A stretch of DNA of 64,000 nt, taken from an uncultured Methanomicrobiales archaeon. GTDB lineage: Archaea; Halobacteriota; Methanomicrobia; Methanomicrobiales; Methanospirillaceae. Positions 55,275 to 64,000 of this stretch are shown one piece after another. Position numbers and translations under genes: made by a program. Below the pieces are notes generated by a model. It did no database searches and had not been told where the DNA came from. It was given only the letters and a program-made list of their open reading frames with translations. Numbering within the stretch: position 1 is the stretch's first letter; the number at the start of each line of letters is the position of its first letter. The DNA is taken from contig CAVWXD010000002.1 in assembly GCA_963758935.1 (NCBI GenBank), positions 82,461 through 146,460 on the forward strand. Reading direction: 5' to 3'.

Positions 55275-56366
55275 ATGAAATTTGATCGACGCAAACCCTA
55301 CAACAATCTCCCGCCCCTTCCCCCACCCATCGATCTGGAATCAAAAACAATTCTGAAAAAATGCGTTGTCGCCCACCGGGCCCTGGCATCTCTGAAAAGT
55401 GCGGGCAACCTGATCCCGAACCAGGCTATCCTCATCAATGCCATCCCCCTGCAGGAAGCGAAGGCAAGTTCCGAGATCGAGAATATTGTGACGACCGGGG
55501 ACCAGCTCTACCAGGAGTCCATATTGCCGGGAACCGTTATCGACCCGCAGACAAAAGAGGTCCTGCGTTACCGGACCGCTCTTCGGCGGGGATACGAGCA
55601 GCTGAAAACGCAACCGATCTCGACAAGTCTGCTCCGGGGCGTCTGCGAGGTCCTGCTCGACCACGAGGTCCAATACCGCACAGCTCCCGGGACACAGATA
55701 ACGAACAAGACCACCGGCGAGATTGTATACACACCTCCGGAGGGCGGCGTGATCCTCCGGGAAATGCTGAACCAGCTCGAGAACTTTGTCCACCTTCGCG
55801 AGAATAGCCCGCTCGATCCACTGGTCCGGCTGGCTCTTATCCATTACCAGTTCGAAGCCATCCACCCGTTCGAGGATGGGAATGGCAGGACCGGGCGGAT
55901 CCTGAACATTCTCTACCTTGTCGAGCAGGGCCTTCTGGATATTCCGGTTCTGTATCTCAGCCGGTACATCATTGGCCACAAGAGCGATTACTACCGGCTG
56001 CTGCGGGCTGTGACGGAAGAGCAGGAATGGGAGGCGTGGGTGATGTTTATGCTTTCAGCAGTTGCTGATACGTCGGCAGGAACACACCAGCGCATCCTCT
56101 CAATCCGCAAACTCCTTGACGAAACAACCGTCCGATGCCGTGAAAATCTTCCCAGCAGGATCTATTCACGCGAGCTTGTGGAGATGATCTTCGTCCAGCC
56201 CTACAGTAAGATCTCGTCGGTAGTCGACGCCGGGATTGCAAAACGGCAGACTGCCGCAGAGTACCTCCAGCAGCTTGAAGAGATTGGCGTACTGGAATCC
56301 CGGAAAGTCGGGCGCGAGAAAGTGTTCATTCATCCGGCTCTCCTTAAGTTGCTTTCAGAGTCATGA
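55275..56366 (+). CDS. Fic family protein (class II-like, C-terminal wHTH)
   Basis: HPFEDGNGRTGR; N-terminal inhibitory-type ASSEIEN; KRQTA..YL..L...G.L. Confidence 0.92.
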   Translation: MKFDRRKPYNNLPPLPPPIDLESKTILKKCVVAHRALASLKSAGNLIPNQAILINAIPLQEAKASSEIENIVTTGDQLYQESILPGTVIDPQTKEVLRYRTALRRGYEQLKTQPISTSLLRGVCEVLLDHEVQYRTAPGTQITNKTTGEIVYTPPEGGVILREMLNQLENFVHLRENSPLDPLVRLALIHYQFEAIHPFEDGNGRTGRILNILYLVEQGLLDIPVLYLSRYIIGHKSDYYRLLRAVTEEQEWEAWVMFMLSAVADTSAGTHQRILSIRKLLDETTVRCRENLPSRIYSRELVEMIFVQPYSKISSVVDAGIAKRQTAAEYLQQLEEIGVLESRKVGREKVFIHPALLKLLSES

Positions 56367-56608
56367 TGATATGTCGAAAATTTCAGGTTTTGTCGACACG
56401 TTTTGGGAATGTGTCGATGGGATCGACAGGTCCGGGCGGGGAAATGCAGGTCCAAAAACAGGGCCGGGGAAAGGACTCTGGCGGCAATTTGGCGACGTGG
56501 ATGGGTTTGATGAAAAACGATAGCGGGGAATAATACTTTACCACTTAGTTCTTAACTTAGAAGATCCGGTTTATTCAGAATAATCCAGTCCAATCTCCAA
56601 CTGGCTTG

Positions 56609-57937
56609 TTATCCTTTCCTCACCATAGTGCAGAGAATACCCATCAGCACCACGGACAGGAAACAAAAGACACCAAAACCCGGTGCCTGTTCCGGTAGTG
56701 GTGACGTCACCGGTCGGGGAATATCCGAACTCCGCGAAGAGGAGATTGTTGTGATATTCTCCGGTGTAGTTACTGGCGCAGGTCCGGGAAAAATCGCCGG
56801 ATCCAGTGAGAAGATCGAGATTTCCTGTAAGGTATTCTCGTGAAGGGTCTCGCGTTCACCGGCGGGAATATGGGCAAGATCCATGAAGACGATACGGTTC
56901 CCGGAGATTTCCTGTGCGAACATATCGGGAATATCATGGAGAATCTCGTACTCTTTCCCGGAGGAAAGATCGTACAACATCAGCCGGTTGCTCTCGTCAT
57001 AGGGATTGTTCAGGAGCGTGGACGGGTATTCCATCCAGATAATTCGATCTCCTGAAATTGCTGCTCCTTCCTGTTCTGCGATCCCGGTGGCAATTGCAGT
57101 TTCGGTCCCGGATCGGATATCGTACAGGTAAATATCCCGGTTGCCGTTACGGTTGTCAGACCAGACGATCCGGTCACCGGAGATTTTCGGATCGAACTGC
57201 GTACCGGAAGCACTGCAGACAACGTGTTCTTCACCAGTTGAAAGATCGTAGAGCCAGATATCCCGGTCGGTCTTATCCTTCCGGGAATCTTCCCAGACAA
57301 TTCGTGAGCCGGCGATTCCAAGATGGTTTTTGTCCCAGTCTCCCACGACAACTGCCGTTGTCACTCCCGTCGTAAGATTGTGTGCCATTATCCTTGGCAT
57401 ATGCTGGAGCCGGGTTCAGTTCTCTTCTCTCCAGACCACGACGTCCCCGGAGATCGCAGGATCCCAGCGGAGAACAGCCGCATGAAAATCGTCGGAGTTG
57501 GCAGTGACCTGCCGGCTCGTTCCTGTCGCTCTGTCGTGTACCCAGACATTCTCGTTCTTTATCCAGGCGATGTGGTTTCCCGAGATTGAAACCGGGCGCT
57601 CCCCGTCGATGAATTCATTGTGGGGGTCGTCAGCGGATAAAGGAGATATAAGCGTTTCTTTCCCGATCGTTATATTATAAAGATAGACGTTAAAGAGGAA
57701 CCGGGGTTTCGAGATACTCTCGGCCCATATAATCCTGTCACCGTCGATCTGGGCAGATCGCCAGACGATCCCCGTGTGATTGATGACACCGAGTGAAAGC
57801 GTCCCGGGCGCGATCTCTTCTGCTGCGGCAACGGTGCCGCACATCAGTGCCAGTATGAGAATCAGCGCCGGACCATGAATCCGCAAATGTGTTGCTCTTA
57901 CCAGGATCGATATTTTTTCCGCATGAACGCCGATCAT
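56609..57937 (-). CDS. Beta-propeller cell-surface protein with PGF-CTERM (frameshift ~57410)
   Basis: ISGDRIVWxDxRNGNxDIYLYD repeats; C-terminal APGF + TM + basic tail. Confidence 0.85.
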
Positions 57938-59274
57938 ATGACGACCCGGTTACTCCGTCGATATGCACATATGACGACAGCTGAAACCATGGCGGACAGC
58001 GCACATACCGGACCAAAACCCGGAGCCCGGGTCGTCATGGGAAGCGATTGAGCGGGATCTGGCGATCTCACCGGTAACCCTGTCGTATTCAGCTGCATTG
58101 CAGATGGTGATGTTGTTGCCGGAAACCTGGCCGGATCGAGGGTGAACAGAGAAATCTCGTGTACCGGAGTCTCCCGCTGGATCTCCCGCTGATCGGCCGG
58201 AATGTTCGCAAGGTCCATGTAAATGATCCGGTTCCCGGAGATTGCTGGCCCCAGAACTACGGGAATATCTTTCCCTACCAGGTATTCTTTACCGGAGGAG
58301 ATATCGTAGAGCATAAGCCGGTTGCTCTCGTCATAGGGATTGTAGAGGAACATCGACGGCAGTTCTTTCCAGACAAACAGGTTCCCGGATATATCCGCCT
58401 CTTCCTGTTCTCTGGGGCCAGCTGCGATTACGGTTTCCGAACCACTCGTGATATCGTACATTCGCACGTCATAATTACCATCCCGGCGATCGTCCCAGAC
58501 GATCCGGTCACCGGAGATCTTCGGTGCGTACTGGGTACCGGAAGCGGTACAGACTGCACGTTCCTGCCCGGTTGCAAGATCGTAGAGATAAATATCGGGA
58601 TTGCCATTCCGGTAATCTTCCCATACGATCCGCGAGCCGGAGACGCGGGCCCGGGTTTTATCCCAGCTACCATGGGATACGGTTGTCTCCTGTCGTGAAG
58701 TAAGGTTGTAGGCAATGATATCCGGGTTCCGGAAGTTCTGGACGGTTACTTCCTGCTGCCTCCAGATAACAATGTCCCCCGAAATATCCGGATCCACCCG
58801 GCGGATATCGGTCCGGTAGTCCCCGACGTTTGTGACAATCGCCGAACATCTTCCCGTGTCGATATCATACAACCAGATTTCCCCGTATTTCGTCCAGACA
58901 ATATGGTTTCCCGAGATTGCAACGGGCCGTTCGTCGCCCATATAATCATTATGCGGCTCATCGGGCGATGAGGGTGAAACGAGTGTTTCGATCCCGGTGG
59001 TACTATTGTAAAGCCGGATATTGTATATCGCAGAGTTGGTGTTTGAGATACTCTCGGCCCAGACAATCCTGTCCCCGTCGATCCGGGCGGATCGCCAGAT
59101 GATGCCGGGATTGTCGGTGATACCCGGTGCGGGAGTCCCGGGTGCGATCTCCTCTGCTGCTGCGATTCCACAATACCCGGCCAGGAAAACCATAACAATG
59201 AAAACCTGAAGGGAGGAATGATGGGAGGCGACTATATTCACTGAGGCATGTGCCACCCGATTATCCTGAATCAT
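57934..59274 (-). CDS. Beta-propeller cell-surface protein with PGF-CTERM, paralog
   Basis: Same repeat units; APGFGPVCALSAMVSAVVICAYRR. Confidence 0.88.
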   Translation of the reverse strand: MIQDNRVAHASVNIVASHHSSLQVFIVMVFLAGYCGIAAAEEIAPGTPAPGITDNPGIIWRSARIDGDRIVWAESISNTNSAIYNIRLYNSTTGIETLVSPSSPDEPHNDYMGDERPVAISGNHIVWTKYGEIWLYDIDTGRCSAIVTNVGDYRTDIRRVDPDISGDIVIWRQQEVTVQNFRNPDIIAYNLTSRQETTVSHGSWDKTRARVSGSRIVWEDYRNGNPDIYLYDLATGQERAVCTASGTQYAPKISGDRIVWDDRRDGNYDVRMYDITSGSETVIAAGPREQEEADISGNLFVWKELPSMFLYNPYDESNRLMLYDISSGKEYLVGKDIPVVLGPAISGNRIIYMDLANIPADQREIQRETPVHEISLFTLDPARFPATTSPSAMQLNTTGLPVRSPDPAQSLPMTTRAPGFGPVCALSAMVSAVVICAYRRSNRVVI

Positions 59275-60244
59275 CAGACCTTCCTCTTCCTTGTGGTAAC
59301 AGCATACGTGCTGATTCCCAGCAGTACCATGCCTCCGACTATAGCCAGCGGAGTAATGATTCCTCCTGTCCCGGTTCCTTTTATCGGAATATCGTGGGGC
59401 ACCGGTGCCGGGCCGAATTTTTCCTTCACGGTAAACAGGGTGGATCCGGTCCCGGTCGTTGTGGATTTCATCCAGCCCACCGTCACAATATATTCTCCCG
59501 GGTCGAGCCGATCGGTACCGGGATCGAACGACCAGCGATTGGTATCATTTCCCGTGACGACCGGTATCGTCTTCGAGACGATGAGGGTGTTGGTACCGGC
59601 GTCCCGGATGTCCGCATGAAGGGGATTTTCAACGCCCATATTTGTCGTGCCGGAAATAACAATCCGCTCCCCCGATGCCATGTCGGGCAGGTGGCCCTCG
59701 GAATTTGTACTTCCTTTCAGATCAAAGTGGACCGACGGCTCCTCTACGAAGAAGTAGTAAGGAGACAGGAGGTCGTCAACCCCGGGAAGCCCGGTGCCTG
59801 CCATGAGAATCCGGACAACCGGTTCAGCGTTTGCCCGGATGTCCCGTTCGGATCCGATGCCGGCAAAAACCGTACCCTCGTTCAGGAAGGTTATGTTCCC
59901 GTTCCGGTCAACATTGTCACTAATCTCCGATCTCCGGTCGGAACCCGGTCCTGGATCACAAAGGCGTACTGCCCGCTCGAGAACTGCACGGTATCTTCGG
60001 GCCTGACGGTTATCGCGAATTTTCCGGTCGTATCCGGGACGGCGGTTGATATCCGGAAATAGTTCCTTCCGATAATCCAGAGGGTAACCGTCCCATTCGT
60101 TGCGCCCGTTCCCACGATTGTGACGGTATCCCCTTTTGCAATCGTCTGCGGGCTGCTTGTCGAGAAGGACAACGATGCTTCGACTGGCACGATTGCCAGG
60201 AGCAGGACCACAAACAGGGTTATGCATTTTATCCGGTTTTTCAT
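59274..60244 (-). CDS. Secreted Ig-like/S-layer-like protein with C-terminal anchor (frameshifts)
   Basis: Signal peptide MKNRIKC...VEA; ISGTTN, L.PGEY.VTV; TPL + TM + RKRK. Confidence 0.75.
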
Positions 60245-60443
60245 GGTTTCACCATCAGTTGGCCTGATAGTTGGGAACTTTGCCCGGGGTTCTTAAACGA
60301 TCTCTGTGACAAACCCCTTCGATTACTACGAAAGAGGATTGTCACAGAGCCTTTATGGATGATATGGCCGAATTTCTATAATACGATATGGATATTCTTC
60401 GGCTACGAAAACGCGGGAGACCCGGGTCTCTTGTAAGAGGTGA

Positions 60444-61178
60444 ATGCTGATGGATTACAAAAAAACCCTGACAACGAGTGTCCTGGGAATTGTTGTTGTT
60501 ATCTGTATCCTTGAGTACGTTTACATCCCACTTTTCGGTATGAAACCCGGTGTCGGGGCACTTCCGTTCTGGCAGCATCCCCCGAGAGCAATACTTTTTC
60601 ATGCACTTTACCTGATTCATCCCGGGCTCGTGAAACCCGCAGATTTCCTCTTCGGCTGGTGCGTGGGACTCGGAGTCTGGCTCGGATTCCGGCAGGTATT
60701 CGAAAAGAACGCGCTCGACAACCTCGATCGCCAGCGTCTTTTTTCGTTTATCCGGGATCATCCCGGTATCCACTACCGGGAACTGGAGCGGGAGACCGGT
60801 ATCAATCGAGGCACGCTTTCATACCACCTTGAGGTGCTTGGGCATACTCATAAAATTCTCCCGGTCCGCGATTCAGGTCACATGCGGTACTTCGAGAACA
60901 ATGGAAAGTATTCGGAACTCGAACAAAAAATCCTGTCGTCCCTGAATAATAAGCGGAAGAGCACTATCCTTCACTCGTTGCTGGATTCGCCATCGACTCA
61001 GGCAGAGCTCAGGCGCACTCTCGAAATATCCGGTCCTTCGGTCGCGTGGCATATGAAACGGTTATGCATAGAAGGAATTGTCTCGGTGGAAAGACAGGGC
61101 CGCGAGCAAAAATATCGTCTCGGGCAGGAATCCGAAGCGTTTTTGAAAAACTATTTTTCCGCATCACCAAGGGGATAA
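60444..61178 (+). CDS. Membrane-anchored double winged-helix transcription regulator (COG3398-like)
   Basis: Hydrophobic N-terminus; I..HPGIH.REL....GINRGTL.YHL; second HTH TQ.EL...L.IS.PSV.WHM..L. Confidence 0.85.
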   Translation: MLMDYKKTLTTSVLGIVVVICILEYVYIPLFGMKPGVGALPFWQHPPRAILFHALYLIHPGLVKPADFLFGWCVGLGVWLGFRQVFEKNALDNLDRQRLFSFIRDHPGIHYRELERETGINRGTLSYHLEVLGHTHKILPVRDSGHMRYFENNGKYSELEQKILSSLNNKRKSTILHSLLDSPSTQAELRRTLEISGPSVAWHMKRLCIEGIVSVERQGREQKYRLGQESEAFLKNYFSASPRG

Positions 61179-61372
61179 TATCCGGCGTGAGGGGATTCCT
61201 TTGTTCCTCCTGATTTCGAATCCAGACCGGTGGTTCTTCTGTTATTGATGGCGGGCTGGTTGGTTCAGCTCGTTTTACCGGTGAAGAGTTTTTCACCCAG
61301 ATTGGTTGAAAATGAAAAGCCCGAAAAATAGTACCGAAATATATAACGGTCGATACCACCGGATATTCCTTT

Positions 61373-63472
61373 ATGAAGTGGATGATATTTTTCAGCATCC
61401 TTTTAATTTCTACCGTCATTACCCAGGGCTGCGTCCTCCAGACGGAAAACTCTCTCCCGGTAATCGGTCCGCCTCCGACAATTGCTAGTAGACCCCTTGA
61501 TAATTCCGGCGGGACAGCAATTGCAATCGCATTCAAAACCGATGAAATATCAACCTCCTCTTCCGAAGCAAAGGACCTGTTCATCAAAGGGCTGACATAC
61601 TCGACACAGTATGCCCGTTACAATGAATCGCTGGCATTTTTCGACGCTGCACTCGCAATCGATTCAAACTTTACCGAAGCGTGGGTGGCAAAAGGAGTGG
61701 CCCTCCACAATTTGAAGCGTTACGACGATGCAATCGGGAACTATGACCGTGCTCTGGCGATCGATCCAAACGATGCGGGAACATGGAGTGTCAAGGCGAT
61801 TACCCTCGGCGATATGGGTAAACCGGAAGAGGCTGCGGAATGCAAAAGGCGGGCAGCTGAACTCGATCCCCGGTATGGTCACGTGATGGAATCTGCGGGT
61901 AAAAACCAAAACAAAACATCGGTCGCTGCATCGAATGAATGCGGGCAGAATAAAACCGGTCTGGAAATTTTCGATCCTGATTCCGGTATCCGATACCTGA
62001 TTACCCAGGGCCAGGATGGATATCGTCCGCTGTTAGAGAACATGACGCCGGTTCTTCTCTCGATCGGGTACCAGAAGAAATGCTCCTTGCCCTATACAGA
62101 ATTCCAGAGGCTGAAAACAAACTACCGGTACGTCGCCCTGAACCAGGTCGATACAATGTATGGCCGGTACTGCTACAATTCCGCACCGTGCAGGGACATT
62201 CCAGCGGATCAATTTACCCTGCTGATCGATAAAAAAACCGGGCTCATCCCGGTGACTGAATGCCTTGAAACCGGGCTGATCTTTGCGTACAGGGACGGGG
62301 TCGATGCGGGAATCTGGAGTTTGGGGGAAGAAAACTCCAGCCGCCTGGATAACCTCACGAAGAATGTTCAGGATATCATCGATTCGGGGAAGGTTGGCAC
62401 CGAATGCCGGATTAACCTGGGAACCGCAGTTACTAAATCTCCTCCGCAATCCTGCGAGGGTATCCGGACTCCCATCCCAGCGGGCGGGGACGTGTACCTC
62501 GGTGAAAACTGTCTCAACATCAGCGCCGGGGTTTCGTCGGGGGAGGCTATTTCGTGGTACAGAGATGGCCGGAACGCAACGAACACCACTCCCGACGCAA
62601 TCCGGGTAGTCCGTGATGCCCGGAACTTTTTCGCGGATCCAAATGATTTTCTGGGGTATGAGGGAAACTGGTACGTTGGAACCACGGAGAAGGTTGCATT
62701 TGTGATCAGGATCGTGGATCTGCGCCTGCAACCCAGGGATAACTCTACACTACCCTCAAACGCGGGGAACCAAGGGACAAACGCTCCGATCTCCTTCGCA
62801 AGTTCGGGTAAAATCGATCCCGGATTACAGGGTACCATCAATGCAACAAAAGACCTCGATTATGTAACGGCGTGGGTTGTCCTGGACGAGCCGTCGGGGA
62901 TACCGGATGTGACCCTGTCAGACATTTCTCCGGCGGAGAGAACCGCGTGGCGCGAGCGGCAGCGGGTTGCGTACCTGAACGCGACAAAGCCCCTCGTGGA
63001 CTATGTGCGAACCAGCGGGTTCGTGGTCGACTATATCGGCCGGACTTCCCCGGCAATCGAGGTCCTTGCATTCCCGCATTTCATGAACGAGCTCGCGAAC
63101 CGTTCCGATGTCCGGAAAATGGTGATTCCCAAAACGAACCACCAGATCATCAACGGGATGTTGCTGCGCAAACCCGATGAGACGATACGCGTGTCGATCT
63201 CGTTCACCCCTCCTCCCGGATTTTCCCCATGGCCCCACGGACTCTCGGGAACGCAGCTGGACGATTATTATGCCCAGAACAGGATCCCGTACGAGAACCA
63301 CTCCCGGTATGTCCTCGAAAGGCTGGCAGCTGAAAATGTCAGCATAACCTTTACGGGACCGTATCCCACGACGGGGATCTATGGAGAAGTTCCCGTTTAC
63401 CTTCTCGAGGATTTTAACGGGGGATCGGAGGTGGGGATGATCCAGCTGGACGTCCCGGCGTACCTGGTATGA
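61373..63472 (+). CDS. Exported TPR + DUF3821-like + repeated C-terminal domain protein
   Basis: Signal/lipobox TQGC; three TPRs; IPAGGDVYLGE..LNIS; two related ~100-aa C-terminal units. Confidence 0.78.
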   Translation: MKWMIFFSILLISTVITQGCVLQTENSLPVIGPPPTIASRPLDNSGGTAIAIAFKTDEISTSSSEAKDLFIKGLTYSTQYARYNESLAFFDAALAIDSNFTEAWVAKGVALHNLKRYDDAIGNYDRALAIDPNDAGTWSVKAITLGDMGKPEEAAECKRRAAELDPRYGHVMESAGKNQNKTSVAASNECGQNKTGLEIFDPDSGIRYLITQGQDGYRPLLENMTPVLLSIGYQKKCSLPYTEFQRLKTNYRYVALNQVDTMYGRYCYNSAPCRDIPADQFTLLIDKKTGLIPVTECLETGLIFAYRDGVDAGIWSLGEENSSRLDNLTKNVQDIIDSGKVGTECRINLGTAVTKSPPQSCEGIRTPIPAGGDVYLGENCLNISAGVSSGEAISWYRDGRNATNTTPDAIRVVRDARNFFADPNDFLGYEGNWYVGTTEKVAFVIRIVDLRLQPRDNSTLPSNAGNQGTNAPISFASSGKIDPGLQGTINATKDLDYVTAWVVLDEPSGIPDVTLSDISPAERTAWRERQRVAYLNATKPLVDYVRTSGFVVDYIGRTSPAIEVLAFPHFMNELANRSDVRKMVIPKTNHQIINGMLLRKPDETIRVSISFTPPPGFSPWPHGLSGTQLDDYYAQNRIPYENHSRYVLERLAAENVSITFTGPYPTTGIYGEVPVYLLEDFNGGSEVGMIQLDVPAYLV

Positions 63473-63571
63473 TACCAGCCCGAATGGTGAACAATACTGC
63501 GGGAGAACGTAATCGGCAACTAAAAAATTCGAATGCCTTTATACTTCCATTACATATATGAGTAACATATC

Positions 63572-64000
63572 ATGCAGGAAGGAGAAGGTTCCAGGATCGG
63601 ATTCATTGGCGATTTTTCCCGGTATTCATTGATCGGTATCCTCATCGTCAACATCCTTTCCCCGTTTGTTATTATTTTTATCAATCCCGAAGTCTTTTTT
63701 CTGGGCCAAAAAATTGCCGGTACCCTGGCCCAGGTATATGCCCTTGGCCTCATCCTGATTACGACCCTCCTGGTTTTCTCTCTTTACAAAAAATCCAAAG
63801 GATATGCGTTCATCGCGCTTGCATACGGGACGATCTATTTTGTCAACGGGTATCTCATCGCCGGGTATTATAACGGCCAGGTTCCTCCGGCGATTTACTG
63901 GCTTATCCTCGTGTTATCGGTCATGGTATTTTGCACGACACTGATTATCCAATCCGGAAAGCCTGTTGAACCCTACAAAAAAAGCATCTGCAGGGTATTT
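63572..64000 (+). CDS. Membrane protein, truncated by window end
   Basis: Manual translation MQEGEGSRIGFIGDFSRYSLIGILIVNILSPF..., 4 hydrophobic helices, frame open to 64000. Confidence 0.6.
   Translation, partial: MQEGEGSRIGFIGDFSRYSLIGILIVNILSPFVIIFINPEVFFLGQKIAGTLAQVYALGLILITTLLVFSLYKKSKGYAFIALAYGTIYFVNGYLIAGYYNGQVPPAIYWLILVLSVMVFCTTLIIQSGKPVEPYKKSICRVF

Noticed and set aside
1112-60244. Many split genes (P-type ATPase, AAA+ ATPase, dtdA, moeA, ileS, radical SAM, CheBR, kinases) as pseudogenes or programmed frameshifts
   Set aside because: Breaks are scattered single-base indels that also hit essential ileS, with no shared slippery motif and all catalytic motifs intact; best explained by long-read consensus errors.

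Overview
Archaeal chromosomal segment, most consistent with a Methanomicrobiales (Methanoregula-like) methanogen: dtdA-ftsZ-secE-spt5 cluster, two moeA genes, archaeal IleRS, Thg1, MptE, PGF-CTERM surface proteins. Single-base indels break many genes, including the essential ileS, so most frameshifts are probably uncorrected long-read errors. The left half (to the tRNA-Lys at ~31.2 kb) is largely housekeeping. The right half is accessory: a bacterial-type Orn/Lys/Arg decarboxylase, a ~16 kb signalling cluster (CheB-CheR fusion, four paralogous HisKA_2 kinases, a stand-alone receiver), a complete IS5-family element with two MITEs sharing its ends, a Fic protein and a cell-surface operon. Best leads: (1) the kinases carry MCP-like 'EELTAT' methylation helices next to a receptor-less CheB-CheR fusion; (2) a co-varying Cys-x7-Cys insert in their ATPase domains; (3) four families of GC-rich palindromic repeats assembled into BIME-like intergenic mosaics; (4) a ~240-bp repeat upstream of both signalling operons. 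All calls come from reading the sequence; no searches were run.
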